Positions 21,527 through 32,421 of a stretch of 64,000 nt of DNA are shown piece after piece; the first letter of the stretch is position 1, and each line of letters starts with the position of its first letter. Both the position numbers and the translations under genes were made by a program. The stretch is taken from positions 1,152,001 through 1,216,000 of the forward strand of contig CAWJPJ010000006.1 in the NCBI GenBank assembly GCA_963844715.1, written 5' to 3'. The DNA is from an uncultured Phycisphaerales bacterium (GTDB taxonomy: Bacteria; Planctomycetota; Phycisphaerae; Tepidisphaerales; Tepidisphaeraceae). The notes beneath the pieces are model-generated. The model did not search any database. It had not been told where the DNA came from and was given only the letters and a program-made list of their open reading frames with translations.

Positions 21527-22676
21527 TTCGCCTCGACCAGCGTGTTCATGTCGTCCTCAACATAATAGAACCCTTTGCCGTCCGGCGCAACCGCGAGCCC
21601 AAAGAGGTCGCCGTTCCCCGGCGGAGATTGCACCTGGTCGGTATCGACCCACTGCGGCACAAAGTTGCCGCCCTTGCACAGGATCAATTTCGACAACCTG
21701 TCCATTCTGCCGCATTGCACGTAAGCAGGTGGCCGTTAGCGGCCATTACCAGGGCCAGCGGCCTCCGCAGCAATCCGCCTTGGGTTACAACCCGGCCGGT
21801 TCCCGCGCTATCCGTGCGCGTCGCCGCATCGGCGATCGCGACGATCCGATTCCCAATCGCATCCGAAACGAACAGCGTACCATCCGGCCCGAGCGCCAGT
21901 CCGGTAGGTCCAACCAAAAACGCATCTTTGTCCGCGCGGGCACCAAAACCGTCCGCGATAACCGTCTGGCTCACGATCATCGGCGGCTTCCCGTCCGGGA
22001 TCGACAGCTCAAGCCGCAGCACCGTCGCGCGATTGACGACGATCGGATCGCCCGTCTTTGGATCGCACACCTCCGGCCCCGGCACGCCGAATCCGGCCAT
22101 GCTGACAAATAACGTCGCGGTGGAACCGTGATCGATGAGCGCGACGTTTCCCCACGGCCCGTTGATATTGGGTCCGCTCCAGACCGTGTTCAGTTGCCCA
22201 TTCGAGTCCAGCACGATCAATCCCCCGTCGCCTTTCGTGCGCGTGGTGCCGTCCGTGCTTGGCATGCTGCCGACGATGATCCATCCGCTTTTCAGCATCA
22301 CCATCGCGGTAGTCAGCCCCACTCCCCCGGGACACCCGGCCAGATTTCGAGGAAGCGACGCAAACAAGCTGGTCTTTCGAGTCGAGGGATCGTAGTCGAC
22401 GATCGTGGTGCCGGTTCCCTGAAGATTCGAAAGGTTATTGAAGTTGTCCACCAGAACGTCCCCCTGGTGAATGCGGCCTGCGGAGATCGGGGCGACAACG
22501 ACCGCGTACGGATTCGTATCGCCGTTGTCGCCGACTGTCGAAGTCCGGGTCACGTGGTGGTGGGTGCCCTGAAGCAACGCCGAAGGCTCGTCGCCCAACG
22601 CCGCGCACCCAGGAATTGCCGCCGCAACCATCGCCGCCAGAATTGCGGCCGCTCGATGAATGTTTTTATGGATCAT
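21523..22676 (-). CDS. Secreted beta-propeller-like protein (frameshift near 21700)
   Basis: Signal peptide, GDTNPYA, GPTGLAL.PDGTLFVSD, GDLFGLAV; stop overlaps the Dyp start (ATGA). Confidence 0.6.
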
Positions 22677-22689
22677 GGCGCCCTCGAGT

Positions 22690-24177
22690 TCAAAAAGTAA
22701 TGATAGCGCGCACACCGAGAACCGCCTCGTTTTTAATGCGCTGATCGGGGGCGTTCGGATTCAGAATACCGGCGCCGGATTGAAGACGTACTGAAAATCC
22801 GGCTGCAATTGCCACCACGGCGTAACCTGATATTGGTAAGTCAGTTCCAGAAACGTCTCCTGCGTCCGGACGGGAAAAAACGTCGTTGAACCGGCCGCGG
22901 TGTCCTGATCGAGCGCCGAGACGCTTCCGCTTACTTTCGCGTACCCCATGCCGAAGCCCGCGGTATCGTCATCGCGGTGCGGCAAAGGATTGTGCATCGT
23001 CAGCCCCAGGTTGAGACTGAAGTCGATCAAGTTGCGATCCGACTGCGGCGTTCCCATCGCGCGCGTAAAGAAACTGACGTTTCGACCGGGATCGTCGTCC
23101 GAAGCCCAAAGCATTTGATCGATCACGCCGTAGACTCCCCAGTCCCCCGCATGCTGCATCGGAATCCCCGTCGTCCCAATCGAGGCGAGGGAATTCCCCT
23201 CGTTGTCGAAATGCTGATCGCTGAAATCTTCGCTGTCGTACCAAAACCCCAGCCGATACACGCCCGCGAGCGGCTGCGGTTGATCCGCATACACCATCCC
23301 GCCTGAGGGCGGATTAGCGAATTGAATTTCCGCGATCGCGAGAATCCGGCCATTGAGCGGGAAGCTCGTCCCCGACGAATTCTGCCGCCTGGGGATCGCC
23401 GGCGTTAAAGGAATTGTTTTCGACGGGACTGCCGTTGAAGACGCCCGCCAGCACGGTAATGGAATCCGTGGGCCGGGCCGCGACGCGCACCCCCAGCGCT
23501 GACAACGGATACGCCGGCCCCCCGCCGGGCAAATCCGCCGATGGAACCATCGGCCAGCCGAACATCGTGTTCACGAAAAGCAGGGCGTTCTGGCTCACCA
23601 TGAATTCCTGATCCAGGCTCTGCTGCCCGATCTTGATGTCGAGCCGGTCTTCGTCCAGAAGTTCCTGCTGATACCACAATTCCCAAAGCCGCGTCGACGG
23701 GTCCGCTTCGATGCCGCTGGCGGTTTGAAGGGTGAACAGATTGTCGGCGCTCAAGTTTTTACCGTGAATCTGCAACCCGCTGACATTAAAAGTTCCGCCA
23801 TGGAGCCCAAAGGCGCGTTGCGTGTCCAGGCGCAGAGCCATCTGGGTTAGGCCATCGTATTCAAAACCCGTCTTCACGCCGCCGCTGACGTTGCCGAGCA
23901 CTTCGCTGGTTTCCGAGAGGCTGAGGTCCATCCCGTATTTGCTGAGCAGTTCACGGAACCCGAACATGTCCCCCAGGAGATTGCTGCTTCGGGAAAGTCC
24001 CGAAAGCCATCCCGAGCTGGTCGAGGTTTCCGCGGGCTCAGTCGTCGCGGTCGGAGTTACCGACTCCGGCTCCATGACCGGCGGGGACGCCGGACAAGAA
24101 TCCACCAGCACAACCATCACCCCTGCCATGAAAATAAATATGCCGACTCGACCCATCGAATGCCCTGGCGGTGACAC
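22690..24177 (-). CDS. OprB-family carbohydrate-selective porin (several frameshifts)
   Basis: RLWELWYQQ, KIGQQSLDQEF, PAYPLSALG, ELTYQYQVTPWWQLQPDFQY; manual C-terminus ...VLGVRAIITF* ends in Phe. Confidence 0.85.
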
Positions 24178-24363
24178 AGTGATCGCTCCTTCTCGGAAAA
24201 TCAGGCAAAGATCAGGTAGCGAGCACCCGAATCGCGCTTGCGAAAGACCATTCCGGGCGGAATAATCCGTGCAGCGGCGATCGATTCCGGTTGTCGCGCC
24301 ATCGGGCGATCAGGCGACTTTTCCAGAGGCTCCTGATTGCCCGCTTTTTTATCTATATACCAA

Positions 24364-24380
24364 TTGAGACTGAGTCTCAA
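24364..24380. promoter_or_regulatory. Fur-box-like 8-1-8 palindrome
   Basis: TTGAGACT-G-AGTCTCAA, just downstream of a minus-strand TTGACA-N16-TAAATT (24416-24389). Confidence 0.6.
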
Positions 24381-24432
24381 CAACGGAGAATTTAGCTCCG
24401 GCGCAAATATTGTCAAGTGGTATGCGAGAAAC

Positions 24433-26157
24433 TCAGGGTAAGGTTTTCCGCCCTCGGCTGAGATGGATCGCCAGCACCGTCACATCCGCCGGCGTGATCC
24501 CGCTGACGCGCAGCGCCTGCCCCAAGCTCCGCGGCGTAAACTTCGCCAGCTTCTGTTTCGCTTCATTCCGTAATCCGACGACACGCGAATAATCCACCGA
24601 CGACGGAATCAGCTTCTCTTCCATCTGCGCCATGCGTTCGATCTGCCGATCCTGCCGCGCGATGTACCCCTTGTATTTCAAACGGATCGCCAGGAGCTTT
24701 TGCGTCTCGGCGTCGTCTTGCCCGCTTTCCAGCACTCGCGCCGCCGGGAAAATTGCTCCCATCGCGCATCATCCGCCAATCCCAGTTCCCGCCCCAGCGG
24801 CGTCAGTCTTTCATCCGCGTTGTCATTGCGAAGATGCAGCCGATGCTCGGCCCGGCTGGTGAACATCCGGTAGGGCTCCGTCGGCGGCTTGGTTACCAGA
24901 TCGTCAATCAAAACCCCGATGTACGCCTGATCGCGCCGCAAAACAAAATCCGCGGCTTTCCCGCCGGCGAGTCGCGCCGCGTTGATCCCCGCCATGATTC
25001 CCTGCCCCGCCGCCTCCTCGTACCCGCTCGTCCCATTGATCTGCCCGGCTAGAAACAGCCCCGAAATCTTTTTGGTCTGAAGCGCGCTATCGATCTGCGT
25101 GGGCCAGACCATGTCATATTCCACGGCGTAGCCGAAACGCAGAATCTCCGCTCCCTCCAGGCCCGGAATCATCCGCACCATCTTTTCCTGCACATCCGCC
25201 GGGAGTGAGGTGCTGATCCCGTTGCAATAAATCTCCTCCGTATCGAGTCCCTCCGGCTCGAGGAAAATCTGATGCCGATCCTTGTCCGCGAACCGCACGA
25301 CCTTGTCCTCGATGCTCGGACAATATCGCGGCCCCACGCTTTGAATCTGCCCGCTGTACATCGGGGCCCGATGCAGATTGGTGCGGATCAAATCATGAAT
25401 CGCCGCATGCGTCCCACCGATCCAGCAATAGACCTGCTGCAGCGGCGGCGACCACTTTCCCGCATATTCATTCAAATAAGAAAACGGCGACGGCGTCTCA
25501 TCTCCCGCCTGCGGATCGAATTTTGAAAAATCGATGGTCTGCTTCCGCAACCGCGGCGGCGTGCCGGTCTTCAATCTCCCCATCTCGAGTCCCAACTCCG
25601 CCAAACATCCCGACAATCCCTTCGCCGCAGCCTCGCCGACGCGGCCGCCTTCCGTCTTCCTCTCCCCCGTATGCATGAGCCCGCGCAAGAAAGTCCCCGT
25701 CGTCACAATCGCACACCGGCAAGTAAATAGCGTTCCATCCGACAAGAGCACCGCCGTCACTTTCCCGCCCACGGTCTCAATCCGCGCCACTTCTCCCTGA
25801 TGAATCGTCAGATTCGGACATGTAGCCAGCAGCCTCTGCACTTCCTTCGCGTATTTATATTTATCCGCCTGAGCGCGAGGCCCCCACACGGCCGGACCCT
25901 TCGACCGGTTCAACATGCGAAACTGAATCCCCGTATTATCGGTGGCGATTCCCATCAATCCCCCCAGCGCATCCACCTCCCGCACCATCTGCCCCTTGGC
26001 CAATCCCCCAATCGCCGGATTGCACGACATCTGCCCAATCCGGGAAGGATCCATGCTCACGAGAACTGTGCCGCACCCCCATCCGCGAAGCCGCCCACCC
26101 AGCTTCAGCGCCGGCGTGCCCGCCGCCAATCACCACAATGTCAAAATCGTTCGTCAT
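24433..26157 (-). CDS. mnmG: tRNA modification enzyme MnmG (two frameshifts)
   Basis: [55 protein letters not shown]. Confidence 0.95.
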
Positions 26158-26163
26158 GTATTT

Positions 26164-26208
26164 CCCCCTCTCCCTGTGTACCCACGGGGAGAGGGCTGGG
26201 GTGAGGGG
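26164..26208. repeat. REP-like palindrome, CCCTCTCCC family
   Basis: ccctctccctgtgtacccacggggagagggctggggtgagggg. Confidence 0.8.
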
Positions 26209-26230
26209 CCGCTTTCGAACGTACGAAGTC

Positions 26231-28024
26231 TCACCTCGGCCAAAGCTGAATCACCATCAATCCCGTCTCATCCTTCCAAAGCACACCGCTAGGATCATAA
26301 TCTCCCCCCCGCACAATTTGCACTACATACAACCCCGCCTCGGCGGGCTCCTTGCCCGAAAAAACCCCCATTAAATGCAGCGCCCGAGCCTGCGGATCGC
26401 GAATTGGCTCGGAAATCGGAATCGGCGTCAAAATCGTCCGCCGCCAGGTGAGATAGCTCGTCCACGTCTCCACATTCGCCACGATCGCATCGGCGGGCGT
26501 GTTCCCCTTGATCCACCCGCACGCCGCCACGAAATCCTCCGGCACGTCCGGCATCGTGGCGATGTCGCGCCAGGTACCCAAAACACTCGTCCCCAATCCC
26601 AGCAAAATCACGCACATCACCCCCACTCGAAACCCAAACGCCCGCCGCAAACGCGCCGCCGCGACCCCCGCCGCCGCGGCAAGAAAATAAACCGCATCGG
26701 CCAAAATCGCGACGCCGTGAAAACCGTCGAATTCTTCTCCCCGAAAACCCCCGGCAGCACATAATCGCAAATCACAAACAAAAAAATCAGCGTCCCCGCC
26801 GCCCAGATCATCCGCCCATCCATCTTCCCGCCGCGCCGCAGAGCCAGCAGCGCCAGCCCCACGATCGACGCCAGTGTGAACACATACCCCAGCCGCTCCC
26901 CAGGAATCGCCAGCGGATTCACTGGCTGCTCCCCGTCATAAAACACATGCGTCGAAGTGATCCTCCCCGCATGCGCAAAAAACGGCACCAGAAAAAACCC
27001 ATCCAAAACCCCCGCGATAACCAGCGCCGCCAATAAACTCTTCCACTCCACTCCGCGCCCCCGCAAGATCGACCAGACTAGACAAACCCAAAGCACCAAG
27101 GCGCTACTCACCATCACATGATGATGAACCAGCACCACCCCCGCATAAAGCAGCCCCATCGCCGCCACGCGCCTCACCACCCGCTCTGATCCCCTCTCCC
27201 TGTACTCAGGGGGAGGGCAAGGGAGCGGGTTCCCCCCGTCCTTGGTCATTCGAATCTCGTCATTCCCTCTCCCCCCGATCTCCATCCAAACCGCGAACAT
27301 CGCGATAAAAAACAGCATCCCCAATTCATTAGGCATCCCCCCCCACAGCCGCATATCCAATACTCCCATCAATCGCCCAAAACCCATAAGCGATGGCTGC
27401 GAACAATCCCGCCGCCGCGTCGTCGGTAAATCGGCGGCTCAGGATATAAACCTCCGCCGTCGACAAAACCCCGGTCAGCGGAATCAAATCCTTGAACACG
27501 GTCTGAAGCGGCCGCCCCGACAACCACGACATCACCACCACCAGCACATGGCTCCCGGTCGGATAATCCAGCGCCGCCGATTCAAAAGGCGACCAGTCAT
27601 AAATCGCATGATGCGTCAGGCGAATCTTCTGGGCCAAAATCATGTGAAACGCCGGATCCCACCCGCGCGGAAAGCTCTCCGGCAGCGCAAACGCAAACCG
27701 GATAATCCCAACAAGGATGAGTACCAACACCACCCAAAACTCAACATCGCGATGAGAATGATCCAACCCCGCGCGCCCGCGCCGCGCCTTCAAATAGCCG
27801 ACCAGCACGACGACAAAAAAAATCCCCCAGACAGGAAAAAACCACCGCAAATCAAAATGACTGACCAGAGACCCCAGATAGCAAGCCGCCGCCAGGCCGA
27901 GGACTCCGCCGTGGCTCGCCCTCTCCACCAGAGACTCCCCCAGCCCCAGCCAGCCCGCCAACAACACCCCCGGCAGCATGATGACCAACGCCGCCAATAA
28001 AAAGCAGCCGAGTTCCCAAACCAT
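26231..28024 (-). CDS. Polytopic membrane protein, GT-C-like glycosyltransferase candidate (two frameshifts)
   Basis: Three consecutive hydrophobic ORFs; GWDPAFH...YPTGSH loop; WIKGNTPADAIV tail. Confidence 0.5.
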
Positions 28025-28071
28025 CGATGTCTAAGTGAATGCGAAAGGCAGAACAATTGCAACAAAAAGAG

Positions 28072-28144
28072 AGTCGCCAGTTGCGGGTTGCCTCTTGCCG
28101 GTGAAGAATTTCACCGCCAACGGGCAACTCGCAACTGGCAACTG
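28072..28144. repeat. Heptamer (AGTTGCC/GGCAACT) inverted-repeat element
   Basis: agtcgccagttgcgggttgcc...ggcaactcgcaactggcaactg; same family as 62265-62365. Confidence 0.7.
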
Positions 28145-28184
28145 TTTTCCGCCCCTGCGGCAGCTTCGCTTTTGCAGCGTCCTG

Positions 28185-28448
28185 CTACGCATCCGCCGAA
28201 GCGTCCGCCGAATGCCGAGACATTTCATCCAGCACTCCAGCCAGATGCCCTTGCAGGCTCAGCACCATGTTGACGGCCTCGACGCACAGCCTCAGGCACT
28301 GTCCATCCGTGCCCACCCCCACCGGCGATGTCCCCGCCGGAGCATTCATGCGCGCGATCAGATCATCGAACTTCTTCCCGTACGCCCCCGCGAAGCGTTG
28401 GATCAACTCGACCTCATCTTGAATCCGCTGGTGAAGTTGGGTTGCCAT
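28185..28448 (-). CDS. Hypothetical protein (87 aa)
   Basis: GGAGG RBS, helical composition. Confidence 0.5.
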   Translation of the reverse strand: MATQLHQRIQDEVELIQRFAGAYGKKFDDLIARMNAPAGTSPVGVGTDGQCLRLCVEAVNMVLSLQGHLAGVLDEMSRHSADASADA

Positions 28449-28558
28449 GATGCCACTGCCTCCCTTGGAAACCGGCGAGGTATTCCTGTGCCATTTATTA
28501 TCGGAAGCCCCGCGGCAAAAACTTTAAAAGTAGAAGTGCTCCAAAAATTGGGCCCAAG

Positions 28559-29160
28559 ATTTTTAACCGCGGATTTCGCGGATGGGCGCGGATAAATGCG
28601 GCGTATGGCGTTGACCTTCCCTTTGGGCTTCCCCCGTTCAGTGAGGCAACTCACATTTCTTATCCGTGTAATCCGCGTAATCCGTGGTTAGATTCTTCCC
28701 ATGCTTCAAGAGGAGATTACGCAAGATATCATCGGGGCGGCTATGGAGTTGCTGAATAAACTCAAGCCGGGCTTGGACGAGAAGCTTTATGAAAATGCGC
28801 TGGTGATCGAGTTACGGACGCGGCGCCATGTCGTCGAGCAGCAGCGGCAATTTCCTGTTTACTATCGCGAACAACTCATCGGGGTTCTCATTCCAGATCT
28901 CATTGTCGACGGCAAAGTCATCGTAGACGCGAAAGTGGTGACGGCTTTTAATGAAACCCATCTGGCCCAGATGCTCGGTTATCTGAACATTACCCGCCTC
29001 GAGGTCGCGCTCTTGCTCAGTTTCAAGGAATCTAAACTAAGTTGGAAGCGGATCGTGAATTCTCCCAAAACCGATTCAGAAATTGCCCAGATGGAAGGGG
29101 ACAGCCGGTAAGTTCAAAGGAATTTATCCGCGCCCATCCGCGAAATCCGCGGTTAAAAAT
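28559..29160. mobile_element. 602-bp cassette: GxxExxY gene between perfect 39-bp inverted repeats
   Basis: 28559-28597 atttttaaccgcggatttcgcggatgggcgcggataaat is the exact reverse complement of 29122-29160; a third partial copy lies at 28660-28689. Confidence 0.75.
28701..29111 (+). CDS. GxxExxY protein (PD-(D/E)xK nuclease superfamily)
   Basis: GLDEKLY motif, IPDLIVDGKVIVDAK, HLAQMLGYL. Confidence 0.9.
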   Translation: MLQEEITQDIIGAAMELLNKLKPGLDEKLYENALVIELRTRRHVVEQQRQFPVYYREQLIGVLIPDLIVDGKVIVDAKVVTAFNETHLAQMLGYLNITRLEVALLLSFKESKLSWKRIVNSPKTDSEIAQMEGDSR

Positions 29161-29174
29161 TAGAGCGGAGAAAG

Positions 29175-29846
29175 CTATCCATTCGGATTAGTCGTCGGCG
29201 ACCCCGCCTGGAAGCTCCACGGATCCTGAAAACCCGGCTTCGCCTGTCCGGGCAAATCCGTCTCCACGTGCATATCCAGATAAAGGTAATTCGATCCCAA
29301 AAACTGCCCGTGCCGGTATTGCTGCACCACCCGGGGGAAATCCCCGTACTCCATGTAATAGTCCGTCACTGTCGTGTTCTTCTCCCCCATCAAAATCACG
29401 CTCGCGTGGCTGATCCCCGGCGGCAGGCCGGTGCTGTATTTGATGTTCCAATACGAAACGTACTCATTCAGCACATAGGAATGCTGCCCCGCCGGCTGGT
29501 CATCCGACGGACAAATCAGCCAGGGCGGATTCCACGAACTCCAAACCCGCGTCGGCCAGGTGGTGTAAACCCACTGGTTTGTCGTCGGATCGAATTTTAC
29601 GTGCTCGCTGTCCCACCCCATCTGCGATGGATAGAGCCATCCATCGTGCTGATCGGCGTAGCTGAGCAGCGACATCCCGATCTGCCTCATATTGCTCTGG
29701 CAGACCACGCAATTCGCCTGCTGCCGGGCCCGGCTTACCGCCGGGAGGAGCAAGCTGATCAGGATCGCCATCACCCCGATGACTACCAGCAGTTCCACCA
29801 GCGTGAAACCGGCCCGCCGCCCGTCTGGAAATCTTCGCTCGACCAT
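29175..29846 (-). CDS. Prepilin-type N-terminal cleavage/methylation protein (DUF1559-like)
   Basis: AG|FTLVELLVVIGVMAILISLLLPAVSRARQQA..C.SNMRQIG, CPSD, RH...SNYLYLDMHV. Confidence 0.9.
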   Translation of the reverse strand: MVERRFPDGRRAGFTLVELLVVIGVMAILISLLLPAVSRARQQANCVVCQSNMRQIGMSLLSYADQHDGWLYPSQMGWDSEHVKFDPTTNQWVYTTWPTRVWSSWNPPWLICPSDDQPAGQHSYVLNEYVSYWNIKYSTGLPPGISHASVILMGEKNTTVTDYYMEYGDFPRVVQQYRHGQFLGSNYLYLDMHVETDLPGQAKPGFQDPWSFQAGSPTTNPNG

Positions 29847-29893
29847 AACGCGCCCCACCTCAAAATCGTCGATTCCGGCCTCTGTACAATATA

Positions 29894-31461
29894 ATGTCCG
29901 CCGGCGTGAATAACACGACAACTTCCAAAATTACCCCCTCCACGGCCAAAAACCCGCACCATTGCATCCCCGCGGCCGCCGGCGCCATTGCCGCCATCGC
30001 CCTCTACGCGATCACATTATTTGCCCCGATCAATATTTACGATGATGCCTTCCTGGTCGCCGGCCTCGACCCCCGCGTGCACAGCCCACGCCTCTGGACA
30101 CAGTTCTGGACCCGCGACTATTTCTATAACGGCATCGACAACCTCTACCGCCCGCTGGCCTCCCAAACCCTGGGCCTGCAATGGCTCCTCACCGGCGACC
30201 GCGCGTGGCCCTTTCACCTGGTCAACATCCTCCTGAACGCCGGCGTCTGCGCCGCCGTCGGAGAACTCGCCCGCCGCATCGCCGGCTGGCGCACCGGGCT
30301 CTTCGCCGCTCTGCTTTTCGCGGTCCATTCGGTCCACGTCGAAGCCGTCGCGGAAATCATCGGGCGAACCGAACTCCTCTGCGCCCTGGGCATTCTCTGC
30401 TCGATCATCCTCTTCGTCCGCGCCCCCCTGACTCTGGCCAGAACCTTCGCCATCGCCGCCCTGGCTCTTCTGGCGATGCTCAGCAAAGAACCCGGAATGC
30501 TCCTGCCGCTGCTTCTCCTGGCGGCGCTGCCGGTTCGAAGACAAATCTCCGGCCCATGGATGAAACAAGAACGCGAGCCTGCCAAATGGCTCACGGTCCT
30601 GCTCGTCTGGTCCGTCAGCGCCTTCATTGTCCTTAGAGAAGAAATACTCCATCTCAAATTCGAATGGGACCGCTTCTCCCTCGACTGGACCATCCAGCCC
30701 CTCATCAAATCCCCCTTCCCCGACCGCTGGCTCATCCCCATCGCGCTGGTCGGACGTTACGCCCGCCTCCTCGTCTGGCCCAGCCGACTTTCCATCGACT
30801 ACGGCGTCGCCATCATCAACCCCACAATTCCGCGCGACAATCCCTATCTCTGGCTGGGCGCCGCCACGCTTCTCTTCTTTTCAATTCTCACGATCGTCTT
30901 ATTGGCAAGAAAAAACTGGCCCGCCCTCCTGTGCGTGCTGGGCGCTGCCATTACTTACCTCATGGCGTCCAATCTCGTCATCATCGGAACCGTGTTTGGC
31001 GAGCGCCTTGTCTATCTCCCCAGCGCGTTCCTCCTGATTCTTCTGGCCATCCCCCTGCGCGCCTCCCCATAAAACTCGCCGCGCCCCTCATGGCCATCCT
31101 TCTCTCCCTCGGCTGTGTCCGCACCTTCACCTACGCCAACGAATGGCGCAACCGCGATTCGTTGTATGCATACAGCCTCGCCAACCAGCCCAGATCGGCG
31201 CGCATAATGCTCCTGGTCGCCGAGATCGACCGCCAGGAAGGCCATCTCGACCAGGCCCGCGCCATCCTCAAAATAGGCCAGCAAATTTTGCCCGATTACT
31301 GGGAATTCTGGATGCACAACGGCAAGGTCGAGGAAGACGCCAAAAATTGGTTCGCCGCCGCCGCTTATTACCAGCGCGCTTTCGATATGCATCCTTCCAA
31401 CGCCCTGGCCAACCGAATCACGTATGTCCAGCGCATGGGGATGTCATCCACCCGCCGCTGA
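29894..31461 (+). CDS. TMTC-like membrane glycosyltransferase with C-terminal TPR (frameshift near 31060)
   Basis: YDD, YRPL, FHLVNILL, HSVHVEAV..IIGR, LSKE, GERLVYLPS, TPR tail. Confidence 0.8.
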
Positions 31462-32393
31462 TTTCTGAGATTCAATCCGCCCCCCGCGGCGTCTCACCCG
31501 CACGCGCCCGGCGAATTCCGCGCGTGCTGCCCCCGCGGCATCGATCGCCATCTGTCTCAATCTCTCCGCCGCCTCCCGATCCACAAGTTCCGCCGGCGAC
31601 CCGCGCCAACCAGCCACCGCCGCGCCGACTCCCTCCCCAACACGCCGGGCAAGCGCGCCAGCGCCCGGCAATAAAAACGCTCATCCAACTCCGGCGCATT
31701 TTTCCGAACCCACTTCGCATAATTCCCGCACGCCCGGCCAAGTTCCAGAATCGGCTCATGCAGCGCGGGCCGCTCGCCCAAAAATCGGCGCACCCGATTC
31801 CGCAAATATCGATCCGATTGATTGCTCTGGTCCTCGCGCCAACTCTGCCCCACCCCGGCGAGAAATTCCCGCAGCGCCTCCCGCCGCACAGGCAGCAGCG
31901 GCCGAATCATCGTTAATCCGCCGAAACGCGAAACCGCCGACATCCCCGCCACCGCCCCCGCCGACGTCGGCCCCTTTCCCCTCAGCAGCCGCATGAAAAT
32001 TGTCTCCGCCTGATCATCCTCATGATGCCCCAGCGCCACCCCAAGCAAATTCTCCCGGTTGATCACGCGAGAAAAAAGCTCCATCCGCATCGCCCGCCAC
32101 CGCGCCGAAGGATTGGCCGGCGGGTCCCGCAGCGTGCCCTCCAATTCCTCGCGCCGCGCGATGGTGCATGGCAAGCGCATCGACCCGGCCAATTCGCGAA
32201 CGAATCGCGCATCTCCCGCGCTGGCTTCCCCGCGAAGCTGATGATCCAAATGAATAACGTGAAGTGACAAATCCGCCCGGCGGGCGAGCAAAAGCAGCAG
32301 CGCCACGCTGTCCGCCCCCCCGCTGACGGCAACTCCCCACGCGCCGGACGCCGGCGCTGGGCGCAATTCAATTGTCTGGGAAGTTTGGCTCAT
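31444..32393 (-). CDS. tilS: tRNA(Ile)-lysidine synthetase (frameshift near 31605)
   Basis: VAVSGGADS, DHQLR, GHHEDDQAET, IRPLL, D.SN...YLRNRVR. Confidence 0.9.
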
Positions 32394-32421
32394 CGGCAGG
32401 TATGGTAACCTGCCGAATTAG

